Assembly: GCA_041496385.1 (NCBI GenBank) | Contig: JBGQEL010000005.1 | Location: 1-64,000, forward strand | Source: Candidatus Methylomirabilia bacterium | Lineage (GTDB): Bacteria; Methylomirabilota; Methylomirabilia; Rokubacteriales; CSP1-6 | Direction: 5' to 3' | Length of the DNA: 64,000 nucleotides | Shown: piece by piece, positions 20,682-29,439 of the stretch | Numbering within the stretch: the first letter of the stretch is position 1 | How the letters are laid out: every line of letters begins with the position of its first letter | Position numbers and translations under genes: made by a program | Notes under the pieces: model-generated | What the model saw: only the letters and a program-made list of their open reading frames with translations | Told to the model about the DNA's origin: nothing | Database searches by the model: none

Positions 20682-22546
20682 TGGCGTCCTACTCGCAGGC
20701 GGTGCTCGACGACATCCGGGCGGCCGTCGACGTCGTGGACCTCGTCGGCCGGTACGTCAACATCAGGAAGGCCGGGGCGAACTGGAAGGGCCTCTGCCCG
20801 TTCCACGCCGAGAAGACGCCCTCGTTCATGGTCAACCCCAAGAAGGGCATCTTCCACTGCTTCGGCTGCGGCGTGGGAGGCGACGTCTTCGGATTTCTCA
20901 TGCGCCAGGACAAGCTCTCCTTCCCGGAGGCCGTCCGGGCGCTCGCGAAGCAGGCCGGCGTCGCGCTGGCCGAGAGCCGGGACGGCGCGCTCGCGGACGG
21001 CTCGCGGGAGGAGCTCTACCGCGTGATGGAGCTCGCGGCGCGCTTCTACGCGGAGCAGCTCTGGAAGCCGGCCGGCGCGCGCGCGCGCGCCTACCTCACC
21101 GAGCGCGGGATCGACGCCGAGGTCGCGCGGCGCTTCAGCCTCGGCTACGCTCTCGAGAGCTGGGACGCGCTCCTGGGCTTCATGCGCGGCGAGCAGGTGG
21201 CCGAGGAGGCGCTCGTCGCGGCGGGTCTCGCGATCCAGCGCGAGAGCCGCTCGGGCGTCTACGACCGTTTTCGCGGCCGGCTCCTCTTCGCGATCCGCGA
21301 TCTCCAGGGCCGCGTCGTCGCCTTCGGGGGGCGCGCCTTCGGCGAGGAGCAGCCCAAGTACCTGAACTCGCCGGAAACGCCGCTCTACACCAAGGGCAAC
21401 CTCCTCTACGCCGCCGACCTGGCGCGGCCCGCCATCCAGGCCAAGAACCGCGCGCTGGTCGTCGAGGGGTACGTGGACTGCCTGATGGCCCATCAGCACG
21501 GCTTCGGCGAGACGATCGCGGCGCTCGGCACGGCCTTCACCCCGGCCCAGCTCGGGCTCCTCAAGCGCTACTGCGACGACGCGGTGCTGTTCTTCGACGC
21601 CGACGCGGCCGGCCGGAAGGCGGCCGAGCGCGCGGAGGAGCTGCTGGAGCCGACCGGAAGCGGGATCGCGTGGGCGGTCAACCGCACGGGCTCCTTCGAC
21701 GCCGGGAGCGCGCTCCGCCTCCGCGTGGCGTTGCTCCCGGCCGGCCACGACCCCGACACGTTCCTGCGCGCGCAGGGCGCCGTCGCCTTCGAGGAGCGCA
21801 TCGCCGCGGCGCGGAGCCTCCTGGCCTACGCCCTCGACCGGGCCATCGCCGACCCCGAGGGCGCGGCGGGTCCCCGCGCGCGGACCAACGCGTTCGCCCG
21901 CGCCGCGCTGCTGCTCGCCAAGGTCGGGGACTCCCAGGAGGCGGCCGCGCTCTCACGCGAGGCCGCCGGCAAGCTCGGTGTGGACCCGACCCAGCTCTGG
22001 ATCGAGGCGCAGCGGCTCCAGACGGCGCTGCGAAAGCCGCTGGGCCCGGCGCGCGCGCGCGCGACCCCGCCCGCCTCCGGGCCTCCGGCCGTCGAGCGCG
22101 ACCTCGTCATGCTGCTGCTCCACTCCGAGGAGGCGCGTCAGACTCTGCTCACGATGGTCGTCGAGGCCGAGGATCTCGGCCACGCGGGGCTCCGGACGAT
22201 CGTGGCGACGCTCAAGCAGCGGGCCGGCGCGCCGGCCGAGAGCCTCATGACCGACATCCCCACCGACGAGGCGCGCTCGGTCCTGGCCGCGATGCTCGTC
22301 GAAGAGTTTCTCCCGCTTGACGTCCGGGTTAGCATCGAACAGTTTCGGACGCGCCTCGAGCGCAGCCAGCGGCTCCGGCGGGCGCGCGAGGTCAGTCAGT
22401 CCATCGCGGAGGTCCAGGCGAAGACCGGTGCGGCGGCGTCGGTGACGGAGGAGCTGCGGGCCCTCCACCAGGAGAGCGCCGCGGTCTACGGCATCACGGG
22501 GGGCGTGGCCCAGTCGCTCGACAAAGGAGCCCAAGCGAATGAGTGA
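20681..22546 (+). CDS. dnaG: DNA primase
   Basis: [11 protein letters not shown]...CFGC zinc finger, [24 protein letters not shown] overlaps the mutS2 stop. Confidence 0.97.
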
Positions 22547-24389
22547 CGAGCCGAAGCTCGAGGAGCTGGATCGGCTGATCACGATAGGGAAGCAGAAAGG
22601 CTTCCTCACGTACGACGAGGTCAACGACGCCCTGCCGTCGGACATCGTCTCGCTCGACCAGCTCGACGACATCATGATGATGTTCGGCGCCATGGACATC
22701 GAAGTCGTCGACTCGGCGAAAGCCGGGCGGCTCCCCTCCGAGGTCGGACGCGAGCGCCAGCAGCAGCCGCCGGCCGAGGCCGACGACGACGACGGACCGG
22801 CCGACGCGATCGACCTCACGCCGGGGCCCGTGGGCCGGACCGAGGACCCCGTCCGGCTCTACCTCCGGGAGATGGGCCGCGTCGCGCTGCTCACGCGCGA
22901 GGGCGAGATCGCGCTGGCCAAGCGCATCGAGGAGGGCAAGAACCAGGTCACCGTCGCGATCCTCTCCACCAACCTCGCCCTCGAGCGCTTCCGCGAACTC
23001 CGCGAGCAGCTCAAGCGCACCGACATCTCGGTCAAGGAGGTCGTGGACGTCAACGAGGAGGAATTCACCGAGGAGAAGGAGATCGAGCTGACGCGCCAGG
23101 TCGTCGCGGCCTTCGCCACCGTGGACCGGCTCCTCCGCGAGCGCGACAAGCTCGTCGAGAAGGTCCGCAAGCTCCGCGCCAAGACCGGGGGCAAGAAGAA
23201 GACGAAGAAGGGCAAGGATCCGGCCTGGCGCAAGCTCGAGGCCCAGGCCCAGCAGCGCCAGCAGAAGGTCCTCGACAACCTCCGCAAGCTCAGCATCGGC
23301 AACCAGATCATCGACCGCGAGGACGCCGACGCGGGCCGGCGCGGCCTCGTCCAGCGCCTGCGCGACCTGCTCGACGACATCGAGCGCGCCGAGCGCGTCA
23401 TCCACCTCTGGACCAACGGCCGCCGACCGTCGCCGGAGGAGGTCCAGAATCTCATCTACGTCTCGTTCCGGGATCCGGGCGCCGGCGCCAACGGTCCCAT
23501 CGGGGACCTGCACCTCAAGGCCGCGAAGAAGTTCCAGTCGCCCAAGCAGCAGCAGATCTGGGTCGCCCAGCAGGAGATCAAGCTCGCCGAGCAGCGCGCC
23601 AACGCACGGGCCGACGAGATCAAGCGCGTGATGACGATCATCAAGCAGGGACAGGTGCGGGCGGCGCAGGCGAAGAAGGAGATGGTCGAGGCGAACCTCC
23701 GTCTCGTCATCTCGATCGCGAAGAAGTACACGAACCGCGGCCTGCAGTTCCTCGATCTGATCCAGGAGGGCAACATCGGCCTCATGAAGGCCGTCGACAA
23801 GTTCGAGTATCGACGGGGGTACAAGTTCTCGACGTACGCGACCTGGTGGATCCGCCAGGCCATCACGCGGGCGATCGCCGACCAGGCGCGGACGATCCGG
23901 ATTCCCGTGCACATGATCGAGACGATCAACAAGCTCATCCGGACCTCGCGGCAGCTCGTGCAGGAGCTGGGCCGCGAGCCGACCCCGGAGGAGATCGCGA
24001 CGAAGATGGACGTGCCCGTGGACAAGGTCCGGAAGGTCCTGAAGATCGCGCAGGAGCCGATCTCGCTCGAAACGCCGATCGGCGAGGAAGAGGACAGCCA
24101 CCTGGGCGATTTCATCGAGGACAAGCAGGTCGTCTCGCCCGTCGACTCCATCATCGGCCTCTCGCTGCGCGAGCAGACGAACAAGGTGCTCAACACGCTC
24201 ACGCCGCGCGAGGAGAAGGTGCTACGCCTGCGGTTCGGCCTCTCGGACGGGTGCGAGCACACGCTCGAGGAGGTCGGCCAGGACTTCGCGGTCACCCGTG
24301 AGCGCATCCGCCAGATCGAGGCGAAGGCGCTGCGCAAGCTCAGACACCCGTCGCGCTCCAAGAAGCTGCGGAGCTTCCTCGAGTCGTGA
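22539..24389 (+). CDS. rpoD: RNA polymerase primary sigma factor RpoD
   Basis: Region 1.1, [49 protein letters not shown]. Confidence 0.98.
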   Translation: MSDEPKLEELDRLITIGKQKGFLTYDEVNDALPSDIVSLDQLDDIMMMFGAMDIEVVDSAKAGRLPSEVGRERQQQPPAEADDDDGPADAIDLTPGPVGRTEDPVRLYLREMGRVALLTREGEIALAKRIEEGKNQVTVAILSTNLALERFRELREQLKRTDISVKEVVDVNEEEFTEEKEIELTRQVVAAFATVDRLLRERDKLVEKVRKLRAKTGGKKKTKKGKDPAWRKLEAQAQQRQQKVLDNLRKLSIGNQIIDREDADAGRRGLVQRLRDLLDDIERAERVIHLWTNGRRPSPEEVQNLIYVSFRDPGAGANGPIGDLHLKAAKKFQSPKQQQIWVAQQEIKLAEQRANARADEIKRVMTIIKQGQVRAAQAKKEMVEANLRLVISIAKKYTNRGLQFLDLIQEGNIGLMKAVDKFEYRRGYKFSTYATWWIRQAITRAIADQARTIRIPVHMIETINKLIRTSRQLVQELGREPTPEEIATKMDVPVDKVRKVLKIAQEPISLETPIGEEEDSHLGDFIEDKQVVSPVDSIIGLSLREQTNKVLNTLTPREEKVLRLRFGLSDGCEHTLEEVGQDFAVTRERIRQIEAKALRKLRHPSRSKKLRSFLES

Positions 24390-24408
24390 GTGTGGACCAT
24401 GACGTCGA

Positions 24409-24483
24409 GGGCCCATAGCTCAATGGCAGAGCAGCCGGCTCATAACCGGTTAGATCTTGGTTCGAGTCCAGGTGGGCCCACCA
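24409..24483 (+). tRNA. tRNA with CAT anticodon, probably tRNA-Ile2 (lysidine)
   Basis: GGGCCCA...TGGGCCC-A-CCA acceptor, GCCGG-CTCATAA-CCGGT anticodon arm. The acceptor stem and the position after rpoD are typical of Ile2. Confidence 0.9.
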
Positions 24484-24496
24484 TCCGGGAGAAATC

Positions 24497-25210
24497 GTGG
24501 ACGCTCAACTCCAGACGCTGATCGACCTCCAGGCCCAGGACACGCGCATCGCCGCACTCGAGGCCGACGCCGCCCGCCTCCCGAAGCAGATCGAATCGAT
24601 ACGCGGCGCCGTCGCCGACGCCCGGAAGACCCTCGACGCCGCCAAGACGAAGGCCGACACGACGAAGAAGGAACTCCGCTCGAAGGAACAAGACCTCGAG
24701 GTCGTCACGGCGAAGCGCCAGAAGGCCGAGACCCGGCTCTGGGAAGTGAAGAACAACACCGAGTACTCCGCCGTCCTCGCCGAGATCGAGGCCATCAAGC
24801 AGGACAAGGCCAAGGGCGAGGAGGAAATCCTGGCGCTGATGGAGATTCAGGAGCGTCTCGCCGTCGAGATCCGCGACGCCGAGGGGCGTTTCAAGCAGCG
24901 TGAGGTTCAGGCGCAGCAGGACGAGGCGGTGGTGCGGAAGAAGCTGGCCGAGGTCGAGCGGGAGCTGGAGGGCCTGCGCGTCGAGCGTGAGTCCCGCGCG
25001 CGCGAGCTCCCCAGGGGGCTGCTCGCCGACTACGAGAAGATCCTGAAAGCGCGCGGCGGCGTCGCCATCGCGTCCGTCAACAGCTCCGCCATCTGCGGCG
25101 GCTGCCGCGTCGGCATCCGCCCGCAGGCGATCCAGGAGCTCAAGGCGGCGAGCACGTTGATGCTCTGCGAGAACTGTGGCCGCTACCTCTACTGGCAGGA
25201 GCCCGCCTGA
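24497..25210 (+). CDS. Coiled-coil, C4 zinc-ribbon protein (DUF164/CT398-like)
   Basis: LIDLQAQD N-terminus, long coiled coil, CGGC...CENCGRYLY. Confidence 0.9.
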   Translation: MDAQLQTLIDLQAQDTRIAALEADAARLPKQIESIRGAVADARKTLDAAKTKADTTKKELRSKEQDLEVVTAKRQKAETRLWEVKNNTEYSAVLAEIEAIKQDKAKGEEEILALMEIQERLAVEIRDAEGRFKQREVQAQQDEAVVRKKLAEVERELEGLRVERESRARELPRGLLADYEKILKARGGVAIASVNSSAICGGCRVGIRPQAIQELKAASTLMLCENCGRYLYWQEPA

Positions 25211-25671
25211 CGGCTCCGGCCGGCAAGCCGCCCCCGCTCCCCGACGTCACGCTCTACACGGATGGCGCCTGCGCCGGGAACCCCGGGCCTGGCGGCTGGG
25301 CGGCGATCATCCTCGACGGCGACACCGAGCGCATCGTCTCCGGGGCGGAGCCCCACACGACGAACCAGCGGATGGAGCTCAGCGCGGTCGCCGAGGGCCT
25401 CGCGGCGATCCCGGGCCGGCGTCGCGTCCACGTCCACTCCGACAGCGCCTACATCGTCAACTGCTTCCGCGAGCGCTGGTGGGAGCGGTGGGAGCGGAAC
25501 GGGTGGAAGAACAGCCAGAAGCAGGCGGTCGCCAACCGCGACCTCTGGGAGCGGATCCTCGACGAAACGCGCCGTCTCGACGTCGCCTGGCACAAGGTCC
25601 GCGGGCATGCGGGCGATCCGCTGAACGAGCGTGCCGACGTGCTCGCCCGCGAGGCCATCGAGACCCTCTGA
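25207..25671 (+). CDS. rnhA: Ribonuclease HI (probable CTG start)
   Basis: The frame reads VTLYTDGACAGNPGPGGWAA...TTNQRMELSA...HSDSAY...NRDLW...KVRGHAG..NERAD. There is no ATG/GTG/TTG upstream of the first catalytic Asp. Confidence 0.9.
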   Translation: MTAPAGKPPPLPDVTLYTDGACAGNPGPGGWAAIILDGDTERIVSGAEPHTTNQRMELSAVAEGLAAIPGRRRVHVHSDSAYIVNCFRERWWERWERNGWKNSQKQAVANRDLWERILDETRRLDVAWHKVRGHAGDPLNERADVLAREAIETL

Positions 25672-25790
25672 GCCCGAGCCAGCTGTGCTGCACGTCCTGA
25701 ACGGCGACGCCACCCTCCGCGTCTTCGAACCCCGCGTGGCGCTGGGACGCGCGCGCGCCGACGATTGCCGGCGCGCTATACTTGGTCCCG

Positions 25791-26167
25791 CGCCAGAGAA
25801 GGCTGGACGGTCGCCGGCCGCGGCAACGTGGCGGGAGGAAAGTCCGGGCTCCGCAGGGCAGGGTGCTGGGTAACACCCAGGGGGGGAAACCCCACGGACC
25901 AGTGCCACAGAAAGCAGACCGCCGTCCGCAAGGGCGGTAAGGGTGAAACGGTGAGGTAAGAGCTCACCAGCGGCGCGGGTGACCGCGCCGGCTAGGCAAA
26001 CCCCACCCGGAGCAAGGCCGAATAGGAGAGCTATCGGGTTGCCCGCCCGCGCTCTCGGGTTAGGCCGCTGGAGGCGCCGGGCAACCGGCGTCCTAGAGAA
26101 ATGACCGCCGCCCTGGGCAGGCAACTGCTCGGGGAGACAGGACCCGGCTTACAGGCCTTCTCTGGCG
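25791..26167 (+). ncRNA. rnpB: RNase P RNA (bacterial type A)
   Basis: GAGGAAAGTCCGGGCTCC, AGTGCCACAGAAA, GGGTGAAACGGTGAGGTAAGAGCTCACC, GGCAAACCCCACCCGGAGCAAG, ACCCGGCTTA. P1 stem CGCCAGAGAAGG/CCTTCTCTGGCG. A TATACT -10 lies at 25777-25782. Confidence 0.97.
26142..26167 (+). repeat. attL core, 26-bp direct repeat (the 3' end of the functional rnpB)
   Basis: ACCCGGCTTACAGGCCTTCTCTGGCG, identical to 29414-29439. Confidence 0.95.
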
Positions 26168-26229
26168 TTTTAAATACTTGCGCAGCACCTACCCTAGCTG
26201 GCGCATAACCCGGGCCTGTAAGCCGTGCA

Positions 26230-26570
26230 TTACTGCTCATTCCCCTGACCCTCGGAACCCGCCGCACCGGCTCCCCGGACGGCATGGCTCCCGAACGATG
26301 GCAGAAGACCCACAGCCGCGACCGTCCGGGCATCGGCAACCTTCGTGTACAGCGCGGTCGTTGCAATATCCGCGCGCCCGAGCAGAACCTGAATCACACG
26401 AATAAGGAACGCATGACCACCTCGATTGGCGGCAACTCTAACGCCATCAGACGGTCGCGCTCATCGTTGTCGAACGGTCGCGGGACATACTTTGGCCGCT
26501 TGATCCTTGGCGCGTCCGCCATTGGATCTGGCCCGGGTAGACTCTTGACCGTAGTGAAGAACTGAAAGAG
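26230..26570 (-). pseudogene. Tyrosine recombinase (XerC/D-like integrase) remnant
   Basis: One frame reads DPMADAPRIKRPKYVPRPFDNDERDRLMALELPPIEVVMRSL. After a frameshifted junction near 26402 another frame reads IRVIQVLLG(R)ADIATTALYTKV...TAA (26232-26230). The central catalytic segment is missing. Confidence 0.85.
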
Positions 26571-26780
26571 GCGAGCGCGCCGACACCCCCGGCCCTTTCG
26601 GGCCGGCGGCGCGCGGCCGCGCGCCGCCGCGCTCGTACCCTCGCTCCGCTCGGCGGCCTCTGCCGACAGCAGCAGCAGCAGTTATGCGCACCAGCCCTAC
26701 TCGCCGGGCTTTCTGGCATTGCATCCAGATGGCATATGGCCCAGTTGCACATTGGCCATCTGCCGCGTTAAGCTGGCGGC

Positions 26781-27233
26781 ATGAAATACAACATCGACAT
26801 GAAGAACACCGCCGAGATGATCCCGACGCTCGACAAGATGATAGCCGACACGGAGCGGCGGCTCGGCGAGGCCAAGCGCTTCGCGGACATGATTCCCGCC
26901 CTCTCGTCAGATCTCGCCGCGCTCCGCCGAGCCCGAGACCTCGCCGCGCACGCCCACGACAGCGTCACGATCGGGTTCTCGGAAAAGGCCAGCGTGAAGC
27001 TATCTCCCCCGAGCACGGCGGAGCCCACGGCCCCCACGCCCATACTCACGGAGCTAGTCCTCCAGACCCTTGTCGAGGCCGGACGTCCAATGCTAGTCCC
27101 CCAGATCGTTGAGGCGGTGCGACGGAAGGTCCCGACAGCCAAGGAGGTCACGCTTGTCAGCCACCTCGTCCGTTTCGTCCAGAAGGGTCGGGTCAGGAGA
27201 GTAGCGCCGAGCACATACGAATTCGTGAAGTAA
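26781..27233 (+). CDS. Hypothetical protein: N-terminal coiled coil plus C-terminal winged helix-turn-helix
   Basis: ILTELVLQTLVEAGRPMLVPQIVEAV...LVSHLVRFVQKGRVRRVAPSTYE resembles a wHTH. Promoter-like TTGCAC-N18-TAAGCT lies 6 nt before the ATG. Confidence 0.7.
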   Translation: MKYNIDMKNTAEMIPTLDKMIADTERRLGEAKRFADMIPALSSDLAALRRARDLAAHAHDSVTIGFSEKASVKLSPPSTAEPTAPTPILTELVLQTLVEAGRPMLVPQIVEAVRRKVPTAKEVTLVSHLVRFVQKGRVRRVAPSTYEFVK

Positions 27234-27578
27234 CGGCCTAGACGCACGACGACCGCCCATTACCCTTGCGAGGCGGGCGGCCGACGTGACTGTGTGCAGC
27301 TCACCCTAACCGCCCATAGAGGCGAGGGCTAGAGGTCTGCCTTGAAAAGACTACCGCAGCCACTCCCCGTCCACAAGATCTGCGGAACTGACAAGACGCC
27401 GCCGTACTATCCGCGCGACGACTTGCCTGCCCCAGCCCGCGGGGCTCCTCCGGGGGCAAGGGCCATTCCCGCGACTCCGCCCGGGTGCGACGCTCCACGG
27501 GTGACGCGGAGCATGGTCCTTGCTCCCCGCGCAGGCGCTTCATCCCTCGCGCGCCCCTCGATGGTCGTGGGGCCTCGG

Positions 27579-27800
27579 TCAGTGTGAAGGCCCCCCTCCT
27601 CCGAACGAATCCCCCTCGCCCGATCGCCGTCGAACTTCAGCCGCGCGCGTCGCCAACCCCTCCACGAGCGGCATCACTCCGTCCCCACACTCGTCGCAGG
27701 CCCGCATAGGTGGCGGCGGATAACTGCCCCACACCTGCACCACAAGCACGTTCGGGCACGCAATACAGTGATAGACCCAAATAAAACTGCGCTCACGCAT
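27579..27800 (-). CDS. Small zinc-ribbon protein
   Basis: MRERSFIWVYHCIACP...RACDECGDG, two CxxC pairs. Its start overlaps the end of the Rep gene. Confidence 0.55.
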   Translation of the reverse strand: MRERSFIWVYHCIACPNVLVVQVWGSYPPPPMRACDECGDGVMPLVEGLATRAAEVRRRSGEGDSFGGGGPSH

Positions 27801-28533
27801 GCGCGTTCCCAAACAGACGCAAGACCTCGCCTCCCGGCACTACTACCGCCTCGCCCCGAACGAACGCCTGCCACCGCTCGAGAACTCCGGCCATCCCGTC
27901 CGACCCATACGCACGGATGAACCGCCGCCACATCGTCACGATCGGCACGCCAAAGGTTCGTCGCCAGGACCAGAAGAAACGTCTCAGCGCGCTCTGATCC
28001 TTGAGGTACTGAGTGACGACGTAACGACTCACCTTGCCCCTTGATCGGTGACCCGGCCGATATGGTGCGATCCACGCGTAGCTCGCGCCGTGGAGGGCCT
28101 CCCAGCCCTCAGACAGCCACGCCTGGGGCACATAGAAGTGCTTACCGCGCCACCCCGGGGGCACCTTCCACGCCCACAACGCGTGCAATACGCCACGGTG
28201 CTCCTCCGGGACGTTCTCACCCTCACCTGTCTCGATGACGATGTACTCGACCTCCCGGTAGCCGAACTTCCGCCCGATCCTCCGCAGCAGGCGTGCGTGA
28301 TTGGCCGCCAGACACTCCGGACTCGACGACGATGAGAGCATCACCCAGCCGACCATGTAGCCCTGCGACTCCCACCTCAACAGACACGTCTGAACCCGGT
28401 GATAGATACGCTTTTGCTGACGGCTCCAAGGCGTCCGACCCCCGGCTGGGCGGCCACGCGACTCCGCCAGATCCCGCATGCGCTCGATCCGCGCCTGGAC
28501 TTCCTCATGCACCAGCTCGCCTGCCGACCTCAC
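27793..28533 (-). CDS. Putative HUH-superfamily rolling-circle replication initiator (Rep)
   Basis: Motifs in the expected order: WVMLSS (motif I-like), EYIVIETGEG..GVLHALW (motif II-like, single His), PQAWLSEGW, SRYVVTQYLKDQ (motif III-like tyrosines). Confidence 0.65.
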   Translation of the reverse strand: MRSAGELVHEEVQARIERMRDLAESRGRPAGGRTPWSRQQKRIYHRVQTCLLRWESQGYMVGWVMLSSSSSPECLAANHARLLRRIGRKFGYREVEYIVIETGEGENVPEEHRGVLHALWAWKVPPGWRGKHFYVPQAWLSEGWEALHGASYAWIAPYRPGHRSRGKVSRYVVTQYLKDQSALRRFFWSWRRTFGVPIVTMWRRFIRAYGSDGMAGVLERWQAFVRGEAVVVPGGEVLRLFGNAHA

Positions 28534-28615
28534 GGCTCACGCTCCGACAGAAGGGCGCGAAACAAGGGCACCCACCTCGATCGCTTAAGAGTCTTGCCTG
28601 CTATAATTCGGGACA

Positions 28616-29317
28616 ATGGAACTCCTCAAGACCATCGCCACGTCCTGGCCGTTCTGGATCTTCGTCCTCGCCATTGTGTTTATCTTCATGTTCCGATCCG
28701 ATATCAAGAACCTCCTCAGCCGAACCACTCGGATCGGTCCAGCTGGACTCACCGTATCGGACACCCCGAGCAAAGAGACCCAGGCTCACGCGGCCGCCGA
28801 CGTTTCGCCAGTGTTGGCGGTCCCAGCGCCTCCGCCGACGGACGGCGCGCCAGCAGCCACGACCGCCGCAATCGATCCCGCCGACGCGATCCTCGTCACC
28901 CTGGACGACTCCTATATCCGACAAAAGGAGCAGGAGCTTCTCGTTGAACTCAACAATCGAGGTATCAACGATACGAACAAGAAACTTAGACTCTTCCCTC
29001 GCCTCATTGCGGCGGCCTTTGTCGTCACAGAGTACGAACGCGCTGAGGGAGCCATCTGGGGCAGCCAGCTCCAGATCCTTGCGGAACTCAACTCCTCGGC
29101 CACACTCCCCGCCGCTCAACTCCACCCATTCTACGAAGCGGCCAGGCCTCAAGCGCCTGAGGCATTCGCACAATACCCATTCGAGAACTACATGGACTTC
29201 CTCAAGACTCAAGGCTTCGTTACCGAAGCCGACCACGCCTTCACAATCACGGACAAGGGAAGGCAGTATCTGGTCTGGCGGCTCCGAGTTGGCAAGAAGG
29301 CGCGCAAGCCATACTAG
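28616..29317 (+). CDS. Membrane-anchored hypothetical protein with C-terminal winged-helix-like domain (element cargo)
   Basis: N-terminal TM SWPFWIFVLAIVFIFMFR, C-terminal IWGSQLQIL...FENYMDFLKTQGFV...ITDKGRQY. A TGcTATAAT promoter lies at 28599-28607. Confidence 0.8.
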   Translation: MELLKTIATSWPFWIFVLAIVFIFMFRSDIKNLLSRTTRIGPAGLTVSDTPSKETQAHAAADVSPVLAVPAPPPTDGAPAATTAAIDPADAILVTLDDSYIRQKEQELLVELNNRGINDTNKKLRLFPRLIAAAFVVTEYERAEGAIWGSQLQILAELNSSATLPAAQLHPFYEAARPQAPEAFAQYPFENYMDFLKTQGFVTEADHAFTITDKGRQYLVWRLRVGKKARKPY

Positions 29318-29413
29318 CCCGATGGCGTGAGCCTTATTGGCCTCGGCGAGTGAGTCAGAGCACTCCGCGCTTATCTCCGCGGAATCGCTCGACACCTTGT
29401 CTCGACTACGACA

Positions 29414-29439
29414 ACCCGGCTTACAGGCCTTCTCTGGCG
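29414..29439 (+). repeat. attR core, 26-bp direct repeat (the displaced original rnpB 3' end)
   Basis: Identical to 26142-26167. It continues with CG, which extends complementarity to the rnpB 5' end (25789-25802). Confidence 0.95.

Larger units (their letters stand above)
26142..29439. mobile_element. Small integrative element (3,272 bp per unit) inserted in the rnpB 3' end, probably rolling-circle type and decayed
   Basis: Bounded by a perfect 26-bp direct repeat. Contains an integrase remnant, an HUH-like Rep and orphan genes, and is visibly more AT-rich than its flanks. Confidence 0.9.

Noticed and set aside
25631..26405. Short ORFs overlapping rnpB
   Set aside because: The region is explained by the RNase P RNA and the att site.
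26201..26689. GCGCATAAC (26201-26209) and GTTATGCGC (26681-26689), resembling integron attC ends or RIT-type inverted repeats
   Set aside because: They are about 470 bp apart with no attC-like internal pairing and no cassette array. They could be integrase arm sites, but 9 bp is too weak to call.
27301..27587. 80-aa and 81-aa ORFs on opposite strands inside the element
   Set aside because: No recognisable motifs and low-complexity composition. They cannot be distinguished from non-coding origin DNA.
26168..29413. Calling the element a filamentous (inovirus) prophage
   Set aside because: No Zot-like ATPase or small coat-protein genes are visible, so only 'rolling-circle integrative element' is supportable.
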